Below are positions 59,348 through 64,000 of a stretch of 64,000 bases of DNA, piece after piece. The notes below the pieces were generated by a model. It was not told the DNA's origin. It worked only from the letters and a program-made list of their open reading frames with translations, and did not search any database. Position numbers and translations under genes: made by a program. This DNA comes from an uncultured Cytophagales bacterium. Its GTDB lineage: Bacteria > Bacteroidota > Bacteroidia > Cytophagales > Cyclobacteriaceae. The first letter of the stretch is position 1; every line of letters starts with the position of its first letter. Where the stretch lies: positions 39,132 through 103,131 of the forward strand of contig CAYQLY010000009.1 in assembly GCA_964418605.1 (NCBI GenBank), in the 5' to 3' direction.

Positions 59348-60322
59348 TTATGACAATGACTGATTCTCTATAGATGCCAATTCAAGTATTTTTTCATACT
59401 CTTTGGGATTTAGATCATTAAAGAAAAAGTGAATAGGATTGATCTTCGAATTATTATGAATCACCTCATAATGTAAATGAGGTGCCACCGATGAACCCGT
59501 ATTACCCACATATCCAATACATTGACCTCGCTTAACACGTTGTCCCATTTTTATATTAAACCCATCCAAATGGGCGTATTTAGTTACATATCCATAACCA
59601 TGATTAATTTCTATTTCTTTCCCATATCCCCCCACACTTGTTTTAACTAACTTTACAACGCCATCACCTGTAGCATAAACAGGCGTCCCTCGAGGAGCTG
59701 CAAAATCAACTCCTGTATGCATTTTTTTCACTTTATAAATCGGATGCATCCGTATACCAAAACCAGAAGCTAATCGTTTTAATTCTTTATTAGAAACAGG
59801 TTGAATAGCAGGAATTGAAGCCAGCATTTTTGACTTATCTTTAATCAGTTTAACTAACTCATCATACGATTTAGTTTGCTTATACATGCTATACCTCATG
59901 GCGGCCAATTTTTCAAAAGACTGTTCAATCAATTCTTTTTCATGAATGTCTTTATTCAATATATCACGGTATCTGTCAGCAATCATACGCTCCCCTTTTA
60001 AAGTATAATCTACAGGCTCAGCTTCAAAAACAACACGATAAATAGTGTTATCACGCTCCTGAAGAGCTCTTATCATCGCATCCATATCTTTTAATTCTTT
60101 GTCAACAATCTTATAGTAAAATTGCAGCTCCTCATTTTCTCTTCGAAGTGCTTTTTCAACTGGAGAATCAAAATATTTACTAAAAAGAAATAAAATAGAT
60201 AAACCTAAAACAATAGATAATGCTAAAAACCCCAAGAAATTGAGTATGATATCCAAAGGTGTTGTACGTATACGCTCATACTTACAATTCTCCGTATCAT
60301 AATAATATTTTATTTTTGCCAT
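59348..60322 (-). CDS. M23-family metallopeptidase with N-terminal TM anchor and coiled coil
   Basis: The ORF extends to 60406 and would overlap alaS. M29 (60322, MAKIKYYYD) is preferred. 'HTGVDFAAP' and 'GNTGSSVAPHLHYEV' motifs. Confidence 0.75.
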   Translation of the reverse strand: MAKIKYYYDTENCKYERIRTTPLDIILNFLGFLALSIVLGLSILFLFSKYFDSPVEKALRRENEELQFYYKIVDKELKDMDAMIRALQERDNTIYRVVFEAEPVDYTLKGERMIADRYRDILNKDIHEKELIEQSFEKLAAMRYSMYKQTKSYDELVKLIKDKSKMLASIPAIQPVSNKELKRLASGFGIRMHPIYKVKKMHTGVDFAAPRGTPVYATGDGVVKLVKTSVGGYGKEIEINHGYGYVTKYAHLDGFNIKMGQRVKRGQCIGYVGNTGSSVAPHLHYEVIHNNSKINPIHFFFNDLNPKEYEKILELASIENQSLS

Positions 60323-60382
60323 TATAGTGTATAATAATAACGTGTTCCTAAATATAACGATTTTCCTTTTACCCTTTTTGCC

Positions 60383-63300
60383 ATGAAAGCTAACGAGATA
60401 CGACAAAAGTTTTTAGATTTTTTTAAAGAAAAAAAACACCTTATCGTTTCCTCAGCTCCTTTGGTCATTAAAAATGATCCTACGCTGCTATTCACCAATG
60501 CAGGTATGAACCCATTTAAAGATTTTTTCTTAGGTCATAAACCCATTACAGATAAACGAATTGCTAACACACAAAAGTGTCTTCGTGTATCAGGAAAACA
60601 CAATGATTTAGAAGAAGTAGGAATTGATACCTACCACCATACATTATTTGAAATGTTAGGCAATTGGTCATTTGGGGATTATTTTAAAAAAGAATCTATT
60701 GCTTGGGCATGGGAGTTATTAACTGAAGTATATCATCTTCCAAAAGAGCGCTTATATGTCACTGTATTTGAAGGTGATCCCTCTGAAAAGTTAGATTTTG
60801 ATCAAGAAGCTTATGATCTTTGGAAACAATTCATCTCCGAAGATCGAATCATACGAGGGTCCAAAAAAGATAACTTTTGGGAAATGGGTGAAACAGGTCC
60901 ATGCGGGCCATGCTCTGAAATTCATATTGACTTACGTTCTGAAGAAAAAATAAAAAAAATACCAGGAAAAAGCTTAGTCAACACAGGCGATCCAGAGGTT
61001 ATTGAAGTATGGAATTTGGTGTTTATGCAATTTAACCGATTAGCCAATGGAAAACTGGAATCACTTCCAGCAAAACATGTAGATACAGGGATGGGATTTG
61101 AACGCTTGGTTCGAGCCATTCAACAAAAATCATCAAACTACGATACCGATGTTTTTCAACCCATTATTCAGTTTATTGAACAACAATCAAAAATTAAATA
61201 TGGCTCAAACGAAAAAACAGATATCGCCATGCGTGTCCTGGCTGACCATATTCGAGCAGTATCGTTTGCCATTGCAGATGGACAATTACCCTCAAATAAT
61301 AAAGCAGGCTATGTCATTCGTCGTATTTTGCGAAGAGCCGTTCGATACGCCTATACATTTCTTCATTTTAAAGAACCGTTTTTATATCAACTCGTTCCAA
61401 TTTTAGCTGCACAATTTAAAGGTGTATTCGATGAACTTTTTTCACAAAAAGAATTTGTCGCTAAGGTGATTCAAGAAGAGGAGAATTCTTTTTTACGAAC
61501 ATTAGAAAATGGAATTAAAAAATTTGAACAAAGTATCGAGAAAAATAAAATTTCTGGAAAAGTAGCATTCGAACTATACGATACATTTGGATTTCCGTTG
61601 GATCTTACACAACTTTTAGCTCGGGAAAAAAATATTGACGTTGATGTCAATGAATTTGAAAAAGAAATGCAAATTCAAAAAGATCGTTCTCGACAAGCTG
61701 ACTCAAAAGAAACAGGCGATTGGATCCAAGTTCATCCCGATGAAAATGTAAAATTTAGTGGATACAATGAATTAGAATCTACTTCAACCATTACCAAATA
61801 CCGACTGATTAAAACAAAAGACCAATCGTATTATCAAATCGTATTGAATAAAACACCTTTTTATGCCGAAAGTGGTGGTCAAATTGGCGATACAGGCTAT
61901 TTAGAGGCTGGAAAAGAAAAAATTGAAATCATTGATACAAAAAAAGAAAATGAATTGATTATTCATATTACTAAAAAACTTCCAACTGAATTAAAAGCTT
62001 CAGTTAAATCTGTAGTGAATAAAGATAAACGCATTCAAACACAAAATAATCACACCGCTACGCATCTTTTACATGCAGCATTGAAACAAGTATTAGGAAC
62101 ACATGTGAATCAAAAAGGATCGTATGTGAGTGATGAAATTCTTCGATTCGATTTTTCTCATTTTAGCAAAATGACAGAAATGGAAATTGAAAAGGTAGAG
62201 CGAATAGTAAATCAAAAAATCCGAGAAAATATTGCAGCTGATATTCAAATCATGCCAATCGAAAAAGCACAACAACTCGGCGCGATGGCTTTATTTGGAG
62301 AAAAATATGGGAACGTCGTTCGCGTGGTTACCTTTGATAAAGATTATTCCATTGAATTATGTGGAGGCACACACGTCGCAGCGACAGGCACCATTGGTTT
62401 TTTCAAAATCACTTCCGAAAGCTCTGTAGCTGCGGGTGTACGAAGAATTGAAGCCATTACCGGAAAAAAAGCAGACGAATATATTAATAGTAAATTAAAA
62501 ATAATAGATGAAATAAAAGAGATTTTAAAAAATCCAAAAGATATTAAAAAAGCAGCTGATAAAATAATAGCTGAAAAAGGAGAATTGGCTAAAGCGGTCG
62601 AATTTGTAAATCATCGACAAGCACAACAAGTAAAACAATACCTACTTGATAAAGCTAAGAAAGAAGGAGTAATTAATTTCATTGCTGAAAAAGTAGATAT
62701 ACCTTCTGAAGAATCAATGAAACAAATTGCTTTTGAACTAAAATCAAAATTATCTAATTTATTTCTAGTAATCGCAGCTGAAATCAATGGAAAACCACAA
62801 ATTGCAATTCTAATTTCTGAGGAGTTAGTAAAATCTAAAAATCATCATGCAGGAAATTTAGTGAAAAAATGGGCAAAAGAAATTAATGGCGATGGTGGTG
62901 GGCAAGCTTTTTATGCAACAGCAGGGGGAACAGATTTAAAGGGATTAGATAATGTTATTATAAAAGCTAGAGATTTGATCCTAGATAAAAATAAATATGC
63001 TAGTGATTTATTAGAAATTGCAAAAAATGATATAGGAGCTTCTAAGCTTTTGTATGAAAACAAGTTTTTTCCTCAATCAGTTTTTTATCTTCAACAAAGT
63101 GTTGAAAAAATAGCTAAAAGTTTTGGAGTATACTTTGAAATAATAATTTCAAAAAAAGATTTAATTAAAGAAATAAATCACAGTCCAAGCAAGGTTTTTC
63201 ATAAGATGTTAGAAATAAGTTTAAACTATACGGATAAAATTCCAGATGAAGAACTTAAAAAAAATATAAATGAAGGAATGAAAGATTCAATAAACATCTC

Positions 63301-63730
63301 TAAACAATTAAATAATAGAAACTTATTTATAGATTTATCAGATAATGAAATAATTGATTTAATAAATTTAGGAACAACTTATGACAATGAAAAAAATGAA
63401 ATTATTAAAAAAATAAATGAACTATCTATTGATCAAACTATAACATTTATAAGATCTAAACTTAACATCCCAGACTTAAATGAATATATTAAAAATGTGA
63501 ATCATAAATTTTTAAAAAAATATTTCATTCATACTATTTTAGCATCATATCTTCCTTTGAGATTAGGAGTATTAGCTAATTTAACACAACATCATGCTAT
63601 AGATTCAAGATATAATAAAGATTCTTATACAGAAAATCTACCTTTGATTAAAAAATTATACCAATTATTTAATTTACTAGATAATAGTATATTAGACATT
63701 GAATATTTAATAAAAGAAACTAATGAATAA
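60383..63730 (+). CDS. alaS: Alanine--tRNA ligase with an in-frame ~245-aa C-terminal HEPN-like extension
   Basis: 1115-aa ORF. Class-II core, editing-site 'HTATHLLH' and 'CGGTH', and C-Ala 'GDGGGQAFYATAGG' are all present by about residue 870. The frame then continues without a stop. Confidence 0.85.
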   Translation: MKANEIRQKFLDFFKEKKHLIVSSAPLVIKNDPTLLFTNAGMNPFKDFFLGHKPITDKRIANTQKCLRVSGKHNDLEEVGIDTYHHTLFEMLGNWSFGDYFKKESIAWAWELLTEVYHLPKERLYVTVFEGDPSEKLDFDQEAYDLWKQFISEDRIIRGSKKDNFWEMGETGPCGPCSEIHIDLRSEEKIKKIPGKSLVNTGDPEVIEVWNLVFMQFNRLANGKLESLPAKHVDTGMGFERLVRAIQQKSSNYDTDVFQPIIQFIEQQSKIKYGSNEKTDIAMRVLADHIRAVSFAIADGQLPSNNKAGYVIRRILRRAVRYAYTFLHFKEPFLYQLVPILAAQFKGVFDELFSQKEFVAKVIQEEENSFLRTLENGIKKFEQSIEKNKISGKVAFELYDTFGFPLDLTQLLAREKNIDVDVNEFEKEMQIQKDRSRQADSKETGDWIQVHPDENVKFSGYNELESTSTITKYRLIKTKDQSYYQIVLNKTPFYAESGGQIGDTGYLEAGKEKIEIIDTKKENELIIHITKKLPTELKASVKSVVNKDKRIQTQNNHTATHLLHAALKQVLGTHVNQKGSYVSDEILRFDFSHFSKMTEMEIEKVERIVNQKIRENIAADIQIMPIEKAQQLGAMALFGEKYGNVVRVVTFDKDYSIELCGGTHVAATGTIGFFKITSESSVAAGVRRIEAITGKKADEYINSKLKIIDEIKEILKNPKDIKKAADKIIAEKGELAKAVEFVNHRQAQQVKQYLLDKAKKEGVINFIAEKVDIPSEESMKQIAFELKSKLSNLFLVIAAEINGKPQIAILISEELVKSKNHHAGNLVKKWAKEINGDGGGQAFYATAGGTDLKGLDNVIIKARDLILDKNKYASDLLEIAKNDIGASKLLYENKFFPQSVFYLQQSVEKIAKSFGVYFEIIISKKDLIKEINHSPSKVFHKMLEISLNYTDKIPDEELKKNINEGMKDSINISKQLNNRNLFIDLSDNEIIDLINLGTTYDNEKNEIIKKINELSIDQTITFIRSKLNIPDLNEYIKNVNHKFLKKYFIHTILASYLPLRLGVLANLTQHHAIDSRYNKDSYTENLPLIKKLYQLFNLLDNSILDIEYLIKETNE
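62983..63727 (+). other. HEPN-like domain region fused to alaS
   Basis: 'LLEIAKNDIGASKLLYENKFFPQSVFYLQQSVEKIAKSF' and 'LTQHHAIDSRYNKDSYTENL' match the first and last conserved helices of classical HEPN. Hand-sampled G+C is about 13-15%, against about 30% in the alaS core. Confidence 0.55.
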
Positions 63731-64000
63731 ATCTTACGAAGCCGTCATCGGATTAGAAGTACATGCGCAATTGCTTACCAAAAGTAAAATGTATTCATCT
63801 GATATTTCGGAATATGGAAACTTACCGAATACAAATATTAGTGTCATCACCCTAGCTCATCCAGGTACACTTCCGAAAGTCAATAAAACAGCCATTGAAT
63901 ATGCGATCAAAATGGGAATTGCCTGTGAATCAAAAATTACAGAATACAATATTTTTGCACGAAAAAACTATTTTTATCCTGATCTTCCAAAAGGATATCA
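63723..64000 (+). CDS. gatB: Asp/Glu-tRNA(Asn/Gln) amidotransferase subunit B (5' part, runs off the window)
   Basis: 'MNKSYEAVIGLEVHAQL...YFYPDLPKGY' is the canonical GatB N-terminus. Its ATG overlaps the alaS-HEPN stop (ATGAATAA). Confidence 0.85.
   Translation, partial: MNKSYEAVIGLEVHAQLLTKSKMYSSDISEYGNLPNTNISVITLAHPGTLPKVNKTAIEYAIKMGIACESKITEYNIFARKNYFYPDLPKGY

Overview
This is a low-GC Bacteroidota chromosomal segment. The phylum call rests on type IX secretion (T9SS) C-terminal sorting domains, a PorP/SprF gene, TAnnTTTG-type -7 boxes and a short NuoG. Most of it is housekeeping. Contents in order: a carotenoid tail cluster (idi-crtZ-lycopene cyclase); crcB directly behind tRNA-Ser; a paaABCD epoxidase cluster interrupted twice; a complete 14-gene nuoA-N operon followed by a GNAT gene; an ABC-F ATPase; tag; dapD; L31; dcd; tRNA-Arg; dprA; bcp; two M23 peptidases; a cobalamin riboswitch-btuB-lipoprotein locus; transketolase N-subunit; fadD; groES/groEL; hldD; a btuF/btuC-type ABC locus; queD; alaS; and the 5' end of gatB. 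No transposase, integrase, CRISPR array or rRNA was seen. The unusual material is AT-rich, apparently lineage-specific sequence set into conserved loci, with these six items: (1) an in-frame HEPN-like ~245-aa extension on AlaRS that overlaps gatB; (2) a tail-fibre-like protein with an S74 self-cleaving chaperone domain followed by a T9SS sorting domain, sitting between paaC and paaD; (3) a three-ORF cassette between paaA and paaB that contains an A16 tract; (4) an ORFan between btuF and btuC; (5) a ~420-nt tract of about 6% G+C followed by a small ORF or sRNA candidate with two tandem intrinsic terminators, upstream of one of two inverted paralogous ~900-aa T9SS cargo genes; (6) crcB placed 10 nt after a tRNA with no fluoride riboswitch. 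All functional calls come from motif recognition by eye. No database search was run.
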